A stretch of 64,000 nt of DNA from the NCBI RefSeq assembly GCF_963921235.1, contig NC_086097.1, positions 25,856,001 through 25,920,000 on the forward strand, read 5' to 3'. Below the pieces are notes generated by a model, which saw nothing but the letters and a program-made list of their open reading frames with translations, searched no databases and was not told the DNA's origin. Origin of the DNA: Mobula hypostoma (taxonomy: Eukaryota). Positions 13,897 through 27,230 of the stretch are shown here, piece by piece (positions within the stretch are counted from its first letter, which is position 1; every line of letters begins with the position of its first letter). The translations under genes and the position numbers were made by a program.

Positions 13897-14159
13897 TTTT
13901 TTTTAGCATGTCGCACCAGACAGTCAGCCATTCTTGTCGGGCGCATGATGTCAGGATTGGCCTCCTTTTGGATTAACCGGGTCACAATATGGTTCCTGAC
14001 TGGACCCTTTTTTTCTAACGAGGCCGAGTGGCTAGCTTGACGCTCAACCCGGCACGGATGGAAAGCATGCTCGGGGGGATGGCCCAACTTGGATTTGAAC
14101 TTGGGAGCCTTCGCTCCAGAGTCCGGCGCTGATGCCATTGCGCCACCAGCCAGCCTAGC
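13897..14159 (-). mobile_element. Young tRNA-derived SINE with TSD
   Basis: Minus-strand A box TGGCGCAATGG, B box GTTCAAATCC, poly(A) tail; 8-bp TSD gttcaggt at 13889-13896 and 14160-14167; CpG retained. Confidence 0.85.
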
Positions 14160-16235
14160 GTTCAGGTCTCTGGCACTGAGTCTGGCTGTGCAGTTCAGAA
14201 GAGATGAACTATAGTGACAGGGGGTTCATTGGTTAGAGGAACAGAAAGGAGGTTCTGTGAACGAGAACAAGATTGCCGGATGGCATGTTGCCTCCGGGTG
14301 CCAGGGTCAGGGATTTCTCGGATCAAGTCCACCACAATCTTAAGTGGGAAGGTGAACAACCAAAGGTCATGGTCCATGTCGATAGCAAAGACGTGGGTGG
14401 GAAGGTGAGGAGATACTGGAAAGTGAGTTCAGGAATTCGGTGCTAAGTTAAAGGACAGGATCCCCAGGGTTGTGATCTTAGGATTGCTACCCGTGCGATG
14501 TGCTAGTGACAACAGAAATAGGAAGATTATACAGTTTAACACATGGCTCAGGAGTGGTGCAGGAGGGAGGGCTTCAGGTTTTTGGATCATTGGGCTCTCA
14601 TCCAGGGAAGGTGGGCCTTGCATAGATGGGATGGCTTGCATCTGGAGGGGGACCAGTGTCCTAGTGGGGAGGTTTGCTGGTGCTGCATGGGGGGGGGGGG
14701 GTGTTGGGTTTAAACTAGAGTTGCATGGGTGCAGGGTGATGGGGACCAGAGTGCCAGAATAGATAGTGGAGTGGTTGTGGAGAAAGCTGTTGTCAAGCCT
14801 ACATATGTGGCCACTAGTCAAAAGGTTGAGCATGGAGGGACTAATGTTCTGAGTTGCGTATATTTCAATGTAAGGAGTATTGTAGGAATGTCAGATGAGC
14901 TTAGGGCATGGATCAGCACATGGAATTATGACATTATAGCCTTTAGTGAGTCTTGGTTGCAGGAGGGGCAAGATGGCAGCTCCAGGGTTCTGTTGTTTTA
15001 GATGTGATAGAACAGGAGGGATTAAAGGGGGAATTGTGGCATTACTAGTCAGAGAAAATAACACAGACAGACTGGAGAATTCATCTAGTGAGGTATTATA
15101 AGTCGAACTGAGGAATAAGAAAGGTGTGACCACATTAATGGGGCTAATTATAGACCACCCAGCAATCCATGGGATTTAGAGGAGCACGTTTGTAGAGAAA
15201 TCGCAGATTGTTACAAGAAACATAAGGTTGTGATAGTAGGTGATTTTAACTTTCCATATATTGACTGGGATTCCCATGCTGTAAAAGAACTGGATGGAAA
15301 AGAGTTTGTCAAATGTCTTCAGGAAGGTTTCCTTAATCAGTGCATGGAAGTCTCGACTAGAGAGAGTACGATACTTGATCTCCTATTAGGGAATGAGACA
15401 GGGCACGTGACAGAAGTTTGTGTAAAGGAACACTTTGCATCAAGTGAGCAGAAAGAAATGGGGAAGATCTTAAGTGGATTTTTTGCATCTGTTTTTACTC
15501 GGGAGACGGACTTGCAGGTGAAAGGCATGAGGCAATGCAGCAGTGAGGACATGGACCCTGTACAGATTACAGAGAAGGAGGTGTTTGCTGTCTTAAGGCA
15601 AATTACAGTGGATAAATCCCCGGAGCATGACCTGGTGTTCCCTCGGACCCTGTGGAGGCAACTGGGGAAATTGCAGTGGCCCCAGCAGAGATGTTTAAAG
15701 CATCCTTAGCCAGGGGTGAGGTGCCGGAGGATTGGAGGATAGCTAATGTTGTTCTGTTGTTTAAGAAAGGCTCTAAGAATAAGCCAGGAAATTATAGGCT
15801 GGTGACCCTGACATCAGTAGTGAGAAAGTTATGGGAAGGTATTCTAAGGGACCGGTTATTTAAGTATTTGTATAGACAGGGACTGATTAGGGATAGTCAG
15901 CATAGCTCAGTTCAGTGACATGGTAAGTCGTGTCTAACCAATCTTATAGAGTTTTTCGAGGAAGTTAGTATGAAGGCTGATGAAGGCAAGGCAGTGGATG
16001 TTGTCTACATGGACTTTAGCAAGGCCTTTGAGAAGGTCCCACATGGGAGGTTGGTCAAGAAGGTTCAGTCGCTTGGCTTTCAAGACGAGGCGGTAAATTG
16101 GATTAGACATTCGCTTTGTGGGAGAAGCCAGAGAGTGGTAGAGCATTGCCTCTCTGACTGGAGGTCTGTGACTCGTGGTTTGTCACAGCGATCAGTGCTG
16201 GGTCTGTTGTTTGTTGTCTATCTCAATGATCTGGA

Positions 16236-16643
16236 GGGTAGGCCTCAAAATCCCCGGCCTTGCCTGCTTTTGGCGACCGAGAAGGAGGTCGAATCGTTCG
16301 GCAGAGATGCCGCTCAGTACTTGCTGTCGTTTTCGGACGACTCAGAGTCGGACTGTGGTCGGCATGGCAGGGAGAGTTGTTCTTCCTTCTCCTGTCTGCG
16401 TGAGATGTGGGACATTTGAGAAACTTTGACTTTACTGTACTCACGGACTTTCTTCATCAAGTTATGGTATTGTTACACTGTTTGTAACGATATGTATAAT
16501 TATGTGGATTTGTCAGTTTTTTCAGCCTTGGTTTGTCCTGTGTTTTGTGATATCACAGCGTAGGAAATAATGTATAATTTCTTAATGCATGCATTACTAA
16601 ATGACAATAAAAGGGGACTACGTGGCTTCATAATCTTAAAAAA
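16236..16643 (+). mobile_element. CpG-rich retroelement 3' end inserted in the CR1 RT region (family unassigned)
   Basis: CR1 frame YLNDLE is interrupted and resumes at the KF(A)DDTK-equivalent; insert ends tgacaataaaagggg...taatcttaaaaaaa. Confidence 0.6.
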
Positions 16644-17155
16644 ATGTGGTACTGTAAACTGGATCAGCAAATGTGTGGATGACACAAAGACTGGAGGTGT
16701 AGTGGCCAGTGAGGAAGACTATTAAAGTTTGCAGTGGGATCTAGAACAGCTGGAAAAATAGGATGAAAAATGACAGATGGAATTTAAAGAGTTAAGTGTG
16801 AGGTGTTGCACTTTGGGAGGACCAATCGGATTAGGTCTTACATGGTTAGCGTTAGGACACTGAGGAGTGCAGTACAACAGAGGGATCTGGGAGTACAAAT
16901 CCGTAATTGCTTGAAGGTAGCATTGTAGGTAGATAAGGTGGTGAAGGCAGCTTTTGGCACATTGGCCTTTATAAATAAATGTATTGAGTACAGGAGTCAG
17001 GATGTTATGGTGAAATTGTATAAGACGTTGGTGAGGCCTAATCTGGAGTATTGTGTCCAGTTTAGGTCACCTACCTACAGGAAAGATGTAAGTAAGATTT
17101 AAAAAGTACAGAGAAAACTTGCAAGGATTTTGCAGGGACTGGAGGACCCAAGTTG

Positions 17156-18195
17156 ATAACACACAGGAGCAGAATTAGGCCATTCAGCCCATCGAGTCTG
17201 CTCCGCCATTCTATCATGGCTGATCCTGGATCCGACTCAACCCCATACACCTGCCTTCTCACCATAATCTTTGATGCCCTGACCGATCAGGAAATGATCA
17301 ACTTCCACCTTAAGTACGGTATACGCACAAACTTGGCCTCCACCACAGTCTGTGGCAAAGCATTCCACAGATTTACTACTCTTTGGTTAAAAAAATTCCT
17401 CCTTACTTCTGTTCTAAAGGGTCGCCCCTCAATTTTGAAGCTGTGGCCTCCAGTTCTGGATCCCTCACCATAGGAAACATCCTCTCCACATCCACACTGT
17501 CTAGTCCTTTCAACATTCGGTAAGTTTCAATGAGATCCCCCGCATTCTTCTAAATTCCAGTGAGTACAGGCCCATAGCTGCCAAACACTGCTCGTATGTT
17601 AACCCCTTCATTCCCGGAATCATCCTCATGAACTTCCTCTGGATTCTCTGCAATGACAACACATCCTTTCTGAGATATGGGGCCCAAGACTGTTGACAGT
17701 ACTCTCAAGTGTGACCTGACTAGTGTGTTATAAAGGCTCAGCACTATCTCCTTGTTTTTATATTCTATTCCCCTTGAAATAAACACTAATATTGCATTTC
17801 CCTTCTTTACCACAGACTTAACCTGTAAATTAACCTTCTGGAAGTCTTGCATGAGGACTCCTAAGTCCCTCTGCACCTCTGACGTTTGAACCTTCTCCCC
17901 ATTTAGACAATAGTGCGCACTGTTGTTCCCTTTACCAAAATGCATTATCATGTATTTCCCAACACTTTATTCCATCTGACACTCCTTTGCCCATTCTTCC
18001 AGTTTGTCTACATCCTGCTGCAATTGAATTGCTTCCTCAGCACTATCTACCCCTCCACCTATCTTCGTATCAGCTGCAAACTTTACCCCAAGGCCATCAA
18101 TTCCATTATCTAAATCACTAACAAACAATGTGAAAAGCAGTGGTCCCAATACTGACCTCTGAGGAACACCACTAGTCACTGGCAGCCAACCAGAC
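17156..18195 (-). mobile_element. 5'-truncated CR1
   Basis: VTSGVPQRSVLGPLLF, KFAADTK, MHFGKGN, EVQRDLGV. Confidence 0.85.
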
Positions 18196-18601
18196 ATTCC
18201 TTGGAAAATAGAAGATTGAGAGGAGATTTGATCAAGGAATACAAAATATTATGAGGGGTATAGATAAGGTAAATGCAAGCAGGCTTTTTCCACTGAGGTT
18301 GGGTAAGATTACAACTAGAGGTCAATGGTTGCTGAGTCTCTGGCGATGATCTTTGCATCATCAGTGGGGACGGGAGAGGTTCCGGAGGATTGAAGGGTTG
18401 CAGATGTTGTTCCTTTATTTAAGAAAGGGAGTAGAGATAGCCCAGGAAATAATAGACCAGTGAGTCTTTCTTCAGTGGTTGGTAAGTTGATGGAGAAGAT
18501 CCTGAGAGGCAGGATTTATGAACATTTGGAGAGGTATAATATGATTAGGAATAGGCAGCATGGCTTTGTCAAGGGTAGGTCGTGCCTTACGATCCTGATT
18601 G

Positions 18602-19310
18602 AATTTTTTTTTAAATATAATTTTTATTGAATTTTCAAAAAGAATACATGAAAAGATAAAATCTACCCACCCCCCCTCCCCTTAACCCTCCCCCCCCCCC
18701 ATATATATAGTCCTACCTAAAAGAAAGAAAGAGAAAAAAAAAGAAGAGCCGCCTGGGTATTGGAAGGTTTCCACATGCTCCATGGGATTCAAAATAAATT
18801 TGGTATAATTATTCGTTATTTTCCCCAAGTAACCAAATTCTTTGTCGGAGCACTTAAATATGACATTCTATCTTTTGTAAATAAGGGCGCCAAATATTCA
18901 AGAATGTTAGATAATTATCTCTTAAATTATAAGTAATTTTTTCAAGTGGAATAGAACTAGCCATTTCATTATTCCAACGATCCATACTTAAATAAGAATC
19001 AGCAAGTAACTGCTATAGTCTTCTTAGCTACTGCCAATGCAATTTTTATAAATTCTTTCTGATATTTATTCAATTTAAGTTTCGGTTTTATCCCTTCAAT
19101 ATCACCTAATAGAAATAATACAGGGTTATGTGGAAGTTGAATTCCAGTAATTTGTTCCAATAAGACTCTTAAATTTATCCAAAAGGGTTGAATTTTAAAA
19201 CAAGACCAAGTAGAATGTAAAAAAGTACCAATTTCTTGATTACACCGAAAACATTTATCAGATAGATTTGAATTTAATCTATTTATTTTTTGTGGTGTAA
19301 TATATAACCA
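18602..19310 (-). mobile_element. L1-clade 3' fragment
   Basis: KCFRCNQEIGTFLHSTWSC CCHC finger; minus-strand aataaaaa and A-run at 18604-18630. Confidence 0.82.
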
Positions 19311-20760
19311 GATGAGATGCACCCCAGGCTACTGTGGGAGGCGAGGTAGGAAATTGCTGATTCTCTGGCAATGATCTTTGCATCATCAATGGGGATAATG
19401 GGAAATAATAGACCAGTGAGTCTTACTTCAGTGGTTGGTAAGTTGATGGAGAAGATCCTGAGAGGCAGGATTTATGAACATTTGGTGAGGTATAATATGA
19501 TTAGGAATAGTCAGCATGGCTTTGTGAAAGGCAGGTCGTGCCTTACGAGCCTGATTGAATTTTTTGAGGATGTGACTAAACACATTGATGAAGGAAGGGC
19601 AGTAGATGTAGTATATGGATTTCAGCAAGGCATTTGATAGGTACCCCATACAAGGCTTATTGAGAAAGTAAGGAGGCATGGGATCCAAGGGGACATTGCT
19701 TTGTGGATCCACAACTGGCTTGCCCACGCAAAGTGGTTGTAGTCAGATCATATTCTGCATGGAGGTCGGTGACCAGTGGTGTGCCTCAGGGATCTGTTCT
19801 GGGACCCTTACTCTCCATGATTTTTATAAATGACCTGGATGAGGAAGTGGAGGGATGGGTTAGTAAGTTTGCTGATGACACAAAGGTTGGGGGTGTTGTG
19901 GATAGTGTGGAGGGCTGTCAGAGGTTACAGCGGGACATTGATAGGATGCAAAACTGGGCTGAGAAGTGGCAGATGGAGTTCAACCGAGATAAGTGTGAAG
20001 TGGTTCATTTTAGTAGGTCAAATATGATGGCAGAATATAGTATTAATGGTAAGACTCTTGGCAGTGTGGAGGATCAGAGGGATCTTGGGGTTCAAGTCCA
20101 TAGGATGCTCAAAGCAGCTGCGCAGCTTGACTCTGTGGTTAAAAAGGTGTACGGTGTATTGGCCTTCATCAGTCGTAGAATTGAATTTAATGTTGCAGCT
20201 ATATAGGACCCTGGTCAGACCCCACTTGGAGCGCTGTGCTCAGTTCTGGTCACCTCACTACAGGAAGGATCTGGAAACCATAGAAAGGGTGCAGGGGAGA
20301 TTTACAAGAATGTTGCCTGGATTGGGGAGCATTCCTTATGAAAACAGGTAGTGAACTCAGCCTTTTTTCCTTGGAGTGACAGAGGATGAGAGGTGACCTG
20401 ATAGAGTTGTATAAGGTGATGAGAGGCATTGATCGTGTGGATAGTCAGAGGCTTTTTCCCGGGGCTGAAATGGTTGCCACAAGAGGACGCAGGTTTAAGG
20501 TGCTGGGGAGTAGGTACCCAGATGTCAGGGGTAAGTTTTTTTACACAGAGAGTGGTGAGTGCGTGGAATGGGCTGCCGGCAACGGTGGTGGAGGCGGATA
20601 CGATAGGGTCTTTTAAGAGACTTTTGGATAGGTACATGGAGCTTAGAAAAATAGAGGGCTATGGGTAAACCTAGTAACTTCTAAGGTAGGGACATGTTCG
20701 GCACAACTTTGTGGGCCGAAGGGCCTGTATTGTGCTGCAGGTTTTCTGTGTTTCTATGTT
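19311..20760 (+). mobile_element. Degenerate CR1 RT to 3' tail
   Basis: RPVSLTSVVGK, QHGFVKGRSCLT, GVPQGSVLGP, KFADDTK; tail ttttctgtgtttctatg. Confidence 0.88.
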
Positions 20761-20897
20761 AAGGGTGAAAGGTGAAATGTTTAAAGGCAACATTAGGGGG
20801 AACTTTTTCCACTCAAAAGGTGGTGAGTGTGGAATGAGCCGCCAGCGCAAGTGTTGGATATGGGGTCAATTTCAACAGGTAAGAGAAATTTGGATAG

Positions 20898-23166
20898 GTG
20901 TATTCTACAAACATGGAGAGTGACGTAGTTAATTCAGAAACAAAGGTTCTGAACTTAAAGAGGGGTAACTTTGAAGGTATGAGACATGAATTAGCTAAGA
21001 TAGACTGGCAAATGACACTTCAAGGATTGACGGTGGATATGCAATGGCAGGCATTTAAAGGTTGCATGGATGAACTACAACAATTGTTCATCCCAGTTTG
21101 GCAAAAGAATAAATCAAGGAAGGTAGTGCACCCGTGGCTGACAAGAGAAATTAGGGATAGTATCAATTCCAAAGAAGTAGCATACAAATTAGCCAGAGAA
21201 AGTGGCTCACCTGAGGACTGGGAGAAATTCAGAGTTCAGCAGAGGAGGACAAAGGGCTTAATTAGGAAGGGGAAAAAAGATTATGAGAGAAAACTGGCAG
21301 AGAACATAAAAACGGACTGTAAAAGCTTTTATAGATATGTAAAAAGGAAAAGACTGATAAAGACAAATGTAGGTCCCCTGCAAACAGAAACAGGTGAATT
21401 GATTATGGGGAGCAAGGACATGGCAGACCAATTGAATAATTACTTTGGTTCTGTCTTCACTAAGGAGGACATAAATAATCTTCCAGAAATAGTAAGGGAC
21501 AGAGGGTCCAGTGAGATGGAGGAACTGAGCGAAATACATGTTAGTAGGGAAGTGGTGTTAGGTAAATTGAAGGGATTGAAGGCAGATAAATCCCCAGGGC
21601 CAGATGGTCTGCATCCCAGAGTGCTTAAGGAAGTGGCCCAAGAAATAGTGGATGCATTAGTGATAATTTTTCAAAACTCGTTAGATTCTGGACTAGTTCC
21701 TGAGGATTGGAGGGTGGCTAATGTAACCCCACTTTTTAAAAAAGGAGGGAGCGAGAAACCGGGGAATTATAGGCCGGTTAGCCTAACGTCGGTGGTGGGG
21801 AAACTGCTGGAGTCAGTTATCAAGGATGTGATAACAGCACATTTGGAAAGCGGTGAAATGATCGGACAAAGTCAGCATGGATTTGTGAAAGGAAAATCAT
21901 GTCTGACGAATCTCATAGAATTTTTTGAGGATGTAACTAGTAGAGTGGATAGGGGAGAACCAGTGGATGTGGTATATTTGGATTTTCAAAAGGCTTTTGA
22001 CAAGGTCCCACATAGGAGATTAGTGTGCAAACTTAAAGCACACGGTATTGGGGGTAAGGTATTGGTGTGGGTGGAGAATTGGTTAGCAGACAGGAAGCAA
22101 AGAGTGGGAATAAACGGGACCTTTTCAGAATGGCAGGCGGTGACTAGTGGGGTACCGCAAGGCTCAGTGCTGGGACCCCAGTTGTTTACAATATATATTA
22201 ATGACTTGGATGAGGGAATTAAATGCAGCATCTCCAAGTTTGCGGATGACACGAAGCTGGGTGGCAGTGTTAGCAGTGAGGAGGATGCTAAGAGGATGCA
22301 GGGTGACTTGGATAGGTTGGGTGAGTGGGCAAACTCATGGCAGATGCAATTTAATGTGGATAAATGTGAAGTTATCCACTTTGGTGGCAAAAATAGGAAA
22401 ACAGATTATTATCTGAATGGTGGCCGATTAGGAAAAGGGGAGGTGCAACGAGACCTGGGTGTCATTATACACCAGTCATTGAAAGTGGGCATGCAGGTAC
22501 AGCAGGCGGTGAAAAAGGCGAACGGTATGCTGGCATTTATAGCGAGAGGATTCGAGTACAGGAGCAGGGAGGTACTACTGCAGTTGTACAAGGCCTTGGT
22601 GAGACCACACCTGGAGTATTGTGTGCAGTTTTGGTCCCCTAATCTGAGGAAAGACATCTTTGCCATAGAGGGAGTACAAAGAAGGTTCACCAGATTGATT
22701 CCTGGGATGGCAGGTCTTTCATATGAAGAAAGACTGGATGAACTGGGCTTGTACTCGTTGGAATTTAGAAGATTGAGGGGGGATCTGATTGAAACGTATA
22801 AGATCCTAAAGGGATTGGACAGGCTAGATGCAGGAAGATTGTTCCCGATGTTGGGGAGGTCTAGAACGAGGGGTCACAGTTTGAGGATAGAGGGGAAGCC
22901 TTTTAGGACCGAGGTTAGGAAAAACTTCTTCACACAGAGAGTGGTGAATCTGTGGAATTCTCTGCCACAGCAAACTGTTGAGGCCAGTTCATTAGCTATG
23001 TTTAAAAGGAAGTTAGATATGGCCCTTGTGGCTACAGGGGTCAGGGGGTATGGAGGGAAGGCTGGGTTCTGAGTTGGATGATCAGCCATGATCATAATAA
23101 ATGGCGGTGCAGGCTCGAAGGGCCGAATGGCCTACTCCTGCACCTATTTTCTATGTTTCTATGTCT
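20898..23166 (+). mobile_element. Young 5'-truncated CR1 with uninterrupted 724-aa ORF2 (RT and C-terminus, no EN)
   Basis: ORF 20898-23072 with NYRPVSLT, YLDFQKAFDKVPH, PQGSVLGP, FADD; 3' UTR and (TTTCTATG)n tail. Confidence 0.93.
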
Positions 23167-23299
23167 TTGGCTGAGAGAGGTGTGGAGGGATATGGTACTG
23201 TTGCAGGTTGATGGGACAAGGCCGATTAATGGTTCAGCACAGTGTAGGTGGGCCAAAAAGCCTTTTTCTGTGCTATAGTGTTCTAAGAATCCATCACTA

Positions 23300-24030
23300 A
23301 CATATGTCATGAGTTTTGTTTATTTGCAGCAGCAGTACAATAAAATATACAATGAATTCTAATTTAAAAGAATTATGAAGATAAATACATAGTGCAAAAA
23401 AGGGAGCTGAAATAGTGAGGTAGTGTTCATGGTTTTGTGATGTATGCGGAGATCTGATGGCAGAGGTGAAGAAGCCGTTTGTAAAACATTGAGTGTGTGT
23501 CTTCAGGATCCTGATGCCAGTAGTGGGAAGAGGGCACGTGCTGGGTGTCTTTAATGCTGGACGTAGCCTTTTGAGGTACAGTACTGGCTAATGAAGGTGT
23601 CCTGGATGCTGGTGGTGCTAGTGCCTGTGATACAGCCGGTTGAGTCGATATCCCTCTGCAGCTTTTTCTGATCCATTGCAGCAATGTGGTGGCTTCTCCA
23701 CGCCAGACAGTGATGCACCCAGTTAGAGTGCTCTCCTGTCCATGGAACATCTGTAGAAATTTGCTGGAGTCTTTGCTGACATACCAAATTTTCTCATGCT
23801 CCTAATGAAATAAACCAGGTGACATGTGCTCTTCATAATTGTATCAATATGGGAGCTCAGAATAGAGATGTTGGCTTCCAGGAACTTGAATCTGCTCACC
23901 CTTTCCACTGTTAAACCCTCGATCAGGACTGGTGTGTGTTCCCTCGACTCCCCTTTCCTGAAGCCATATTCAATTCCTTTGTCCTACTGACGATGAGGGC
24001 AAGGTTATTGTTGCAATGCCATTCAATCAG
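23300..24030 (-). mobile_element. Rex1/Babar-type LINE 3' fragment
   Basis: EWHCNNNLALIVSRTKEL, ERVSRFKFL, YFIRSMRKFGMS, ESTLTGCITVW. Confidence 0.72.
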
Positions 24031-24317
24031 CCTATATACCTCACGCCTTTCCCCCTCCTCTTCACCAGCTGAGATACCTTCTGAAATTTTTAGGGTCCAG
24101 CTGCCATGTTCCATCAGACTGGAAAAAACAGGAACCTCTGTAGTGTATCTGTGCTGACCTCTGACCTTAGTGTCATCTTTCTGACCAATCACAAGATCTT
24201 CCAAATCCCTTACTGTCCAAAACTCCTATCAATCTCAGCCTTGCTCATTTGGCGTACTCTACCCGAGAGGGTTGTAGAGGTTCAGTGGCTGAGAATATTC
24301 TGGATAGAGGTTAATAT

Positions 24318-24615
24318 TAAACACGAGATTCTACAGATGCCAGAAATCTTAAGCAACATACGTAAAATGCTGGAAGAACTCAGCAGGTCAAGCAGCATCT
24401 GTGGAGAGGAATTAACACTTGACATTTATGGCCAAAGTCCTTCATCGGGACTGGACAGAAAGGGGGCAGAAGCCAGAATAAGAAGGTGGGGGGAGGGGAA
24501 GGAGGACAAGCTGGCAGGTGATAGGTGAGACCAGGTGAGGGGGGGGAAGGTGGGTGGGTGGGGGTAGTAGGATGAAGTAAGAAGCTGGAAAGTGATGGGT
24601 GGAAGAGGTATAGGG
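24318..24615 (-). mobile_element. Penelope-like-derived repeat end
   Basis: aaaatgctggaagaactcagcaggtcaagcagcatc; degenerate hammerhead core at 24416-24452. Confidence 0.65.
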
Positions 24616-24866
24616 AACCCTGCCCCCAGTCCCAGGTCTCAACGCTGTCCCCTCACCCTCAACCCCACCTTTACCTTACCATCCCTTTATCAACACTTCC
24701 TTGGTCACCAGCACCCTCCATAATGGTGGAAGGTCACCGAGGATATTGTTTCTCAATTCCTGCAAGAGGAACAGTGACCAAGGATGGAAGAAGTTCAGGA
24801 CTTGCTGAGGGCCACATCAACCATACCAGCTAACACGTGAGTTTCCATGCCAATGGAAGCAACCAC

Positions 24867-25066
24867 TCAGAATCAGAATCAGGTTTATTATCACCGGCAT
24901 GTGACGTGAAATTTGTTAACTTAGTAGCAGCAATCAGAATCAGAATCAGGTTTATTATCACCGGCATGTGACGTGAAATTTGTTAACTTAGTAGCAGCAA
25001 TCAGAATCAGAATCAGGTTTATTATCACCGGCATGTGACGTGAAATTTGTTAACTTAGTAGCAGCA
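24867..25066. repeat. Perfect tandem triplication, 67-bp unit, at the 3' end of a minus-strand Rex1/Babar-like element (extends to about 25506)
   Basis: Units start at 24867, 24934 and 25001: tcagaatcagaatcaggtttattatcaccggcatgtgacgtgaaatttgttaacttagtagcagca(a). Confidence 0.95.
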
Positions 25067-25514
25067 GTTCAATGCAATACATAATCTAGCAGAGAGAAAA
25101 AAAATAAATAAACAAGTAAATCAATTATATATAATGAATAGATTTTTTTAAATGTGCAAAAACAGAAATACTGTTACTTTTTTAAAAAAATAAGGTAGTA
25201 TCCAAAGCTTCAATGTCCATTTAGGAATCTGGTGGCAGAGGAGAAGGAACTGTTCCTGAATTGCTGAGTGTGTACCTTCTACCTGATGGTAACAGTGAGA
25301 AAAGGACATGCCCTGGGTGCTGGAGCTCCTTAATACCGGACGCTGCCTTTCTGAGACACCGTTCCCTAAAGGTATCCTCGGTACTTTATAGGCTAATGCC
25401 CAAGATGGAGCTGATTAGATTTACAACCTTCTGCAGCTTCTTTTGGTCCTGTGCAGTAGCCCCTCCATACCAGACAGTGATGCAGCCTGTCAGAATGCTC
25501 TCCTCAGTGAGGGG

Positions 25515-25810
25515 GTGACGTGGTCCTGATGTGAGTAGAGCTGCTGCCTTAGATCTCCAGCGACTCCGGTTTGATCCTGACCTCAGGTGCTGTGTGGAGT
25601 TTGCACGTTCTCCCTGTGACTGCCTGGGTTTATTCCCTCATCCCAAAAACACGCGGTGGGCAGGTGTAATTGTTCTCCATAAATTACGCCTTGTGTGTAG
25701 CTGAGTGGAAGAACCTGGACAGTGATGAGAGGAAAGTAGGGAGTGAAAATAGGATCAGTGTAGGGTTGGTGAGCATTGGAGCGGACTCACTGGGTGGACT
25801 CTGTACTGGA
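25515..25810 (+). mobile_element. V-SINE (HE1-like); related copies near 12125-12345, 56910-57115, 57225-57440 and 58775-58985
   Basis: V-domain tgtggagtttgcacgttctccctgtgactgcctgggtt preceded by a degenerate tRNA head. Confidence 0.7.
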
Positions 25811-26631
25811 TGTCTCCATGAACATAGAACAATACCATACAGTGCGGGCCCTGTGGTTCACGATGTCATGTCGATCAATATAAACCTACTGCACGATCAA
25901 TCTTACTCTTCCCTCCTTCGCAGTTCATAACTCTCCATTTTTTGAGACCCATGTCCCTGTTGTATCAGCCTCTTGTGTCATTCCCTGACTGACTCTTGAC
26001 AACTCCCCTGAACTTTCCTTCAGTCAGCTTTCATGAACTTTAGGTCTGAATGTTATTTGTTTACTTTTTATTGTTTGCACACAATTTGTTCTTTTTTTTT
26101 GCACATTGGCGGATTGTCGGTCTTTTTTAATGGGTTCTATTGAGTTTCTTTGTTTCTGTGGCTGCCTGTAAGAAGACGAATTGAACATAGTATACGTAAG
26201 TTTGATAATAAATATACTTTGAACTTTAATAAATGTCATTGTTGTTGGCCATTGTCACCCAGGGGAAAAGATGCTAACTATCTACTCTATCAATGTTTCC
26301 GATGATCTTATACACCCTCTATCAAGTCACCAAGTAACTCTCCTTTGCACGCCCTCTAAAACTTCTGCATCCTTCCTATAATGAAGGGACCAGAAATGAG
26401 TGCAATACTCCAAGTGTGGTCTAAACAGAGTGTTATGGAGCTGCAATATTACCTTGCAGCTCTTGCGCTCAGGGCCCCCAATCAGTGAAGGCCAGCACAC
26501 CACATGCCTTCTTAACCTTCCTATCAACTTGCATATCAACTCTAAGGGATTTATGGACATGAACCTCAAGCTCCCTCTGTTCCTCCACACTGCTAAGAAT
26601 CATACTATCAACCTTCTGCTCTGCCTTCACG

Positions 26632-27072
26632 GGAATGGAGGAGTTAATATATGAGGAGCGTTTGATGCCTCTGAAACTGTACTCACTGGAGTTTAGAAGA
26701 ATGAAGTGGAGAAGGGATCTCGTTGAAACCTATGGAATATTGAAAGGCCTAGAGAGAGTGGATGTGGGAAGGATGTTACCAATAGTCGGAGAGACTAGGA
26801 TCAGATGGCACAGCCTCAGAATAGGAGGATATCCCTTCGGAACAGAGATGAGGGTGAATTTAATTAGCCAGAGGGTGCTAAATCTGTGCAATTCCTTGCC
26901 ACATACAACTGTGGAGACCAAGACATTGGGTTCTTGATTAGTAAGATTATCAAGTACAGGGAGATGGCAGGAGAATGGGGTTAAGAGGGATAATAAATCA
27001 GCCACAATGGAATGGCAGAACACACTCAACAGGGCCAAATGGCTTAGTTCTGTTCCTATGTATTATGGTCTT
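26632..27072 (+). mobile_element. CR1 3' fragment about 160 bp upstream of the TSHR last exon
   Basis: YEERLMPLKLYSLEFRRM...QRVLNLCNSLP. Confidence 0.8.
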
Positions 27073-27230
27073 CTAGTTTGGTCTTCCAATCTTACAATTG
27101 GAATCCTCTTTCCAACAAAATAGTGATGATGAAATGCCTGTCCTGTTTTGATTTCCTTCAGCATGATTTTCTAAGGGTTTGATGTTCCAAGACTAACGTG
27201 CATCTTCCTGATCCTCAGTTTACCCTACAG

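Larger units (their letters stand above)
13290..17155 (+). mobile_element. Long degenerate CR1 (ORF1 esterase, ORF2 EN/RT) with internal deletions and two nested insertions
   Basis: ORF1-like GSLVRGTERRFC and ILGLLPV..NRKIIQFNTWLR; EN motifs YFNVRSI, SESWL, VGDFNFPYIDW; RT motifs VPEDWRIANV and YMDFSKAFEKVPH. Confidence 0.82.

Noticed and set aside
20898..23072. Domesticated host RT gene
   Set aside because: Ordinary CR1 ORF2, 5'-truncated, with a retroposition tail and many close paralogues in the window
24867..25066. CRISPR-like regular repeat
   Set aside because: Units are contiguous and identical with no unique spacers; vertebrate context and no cas genes
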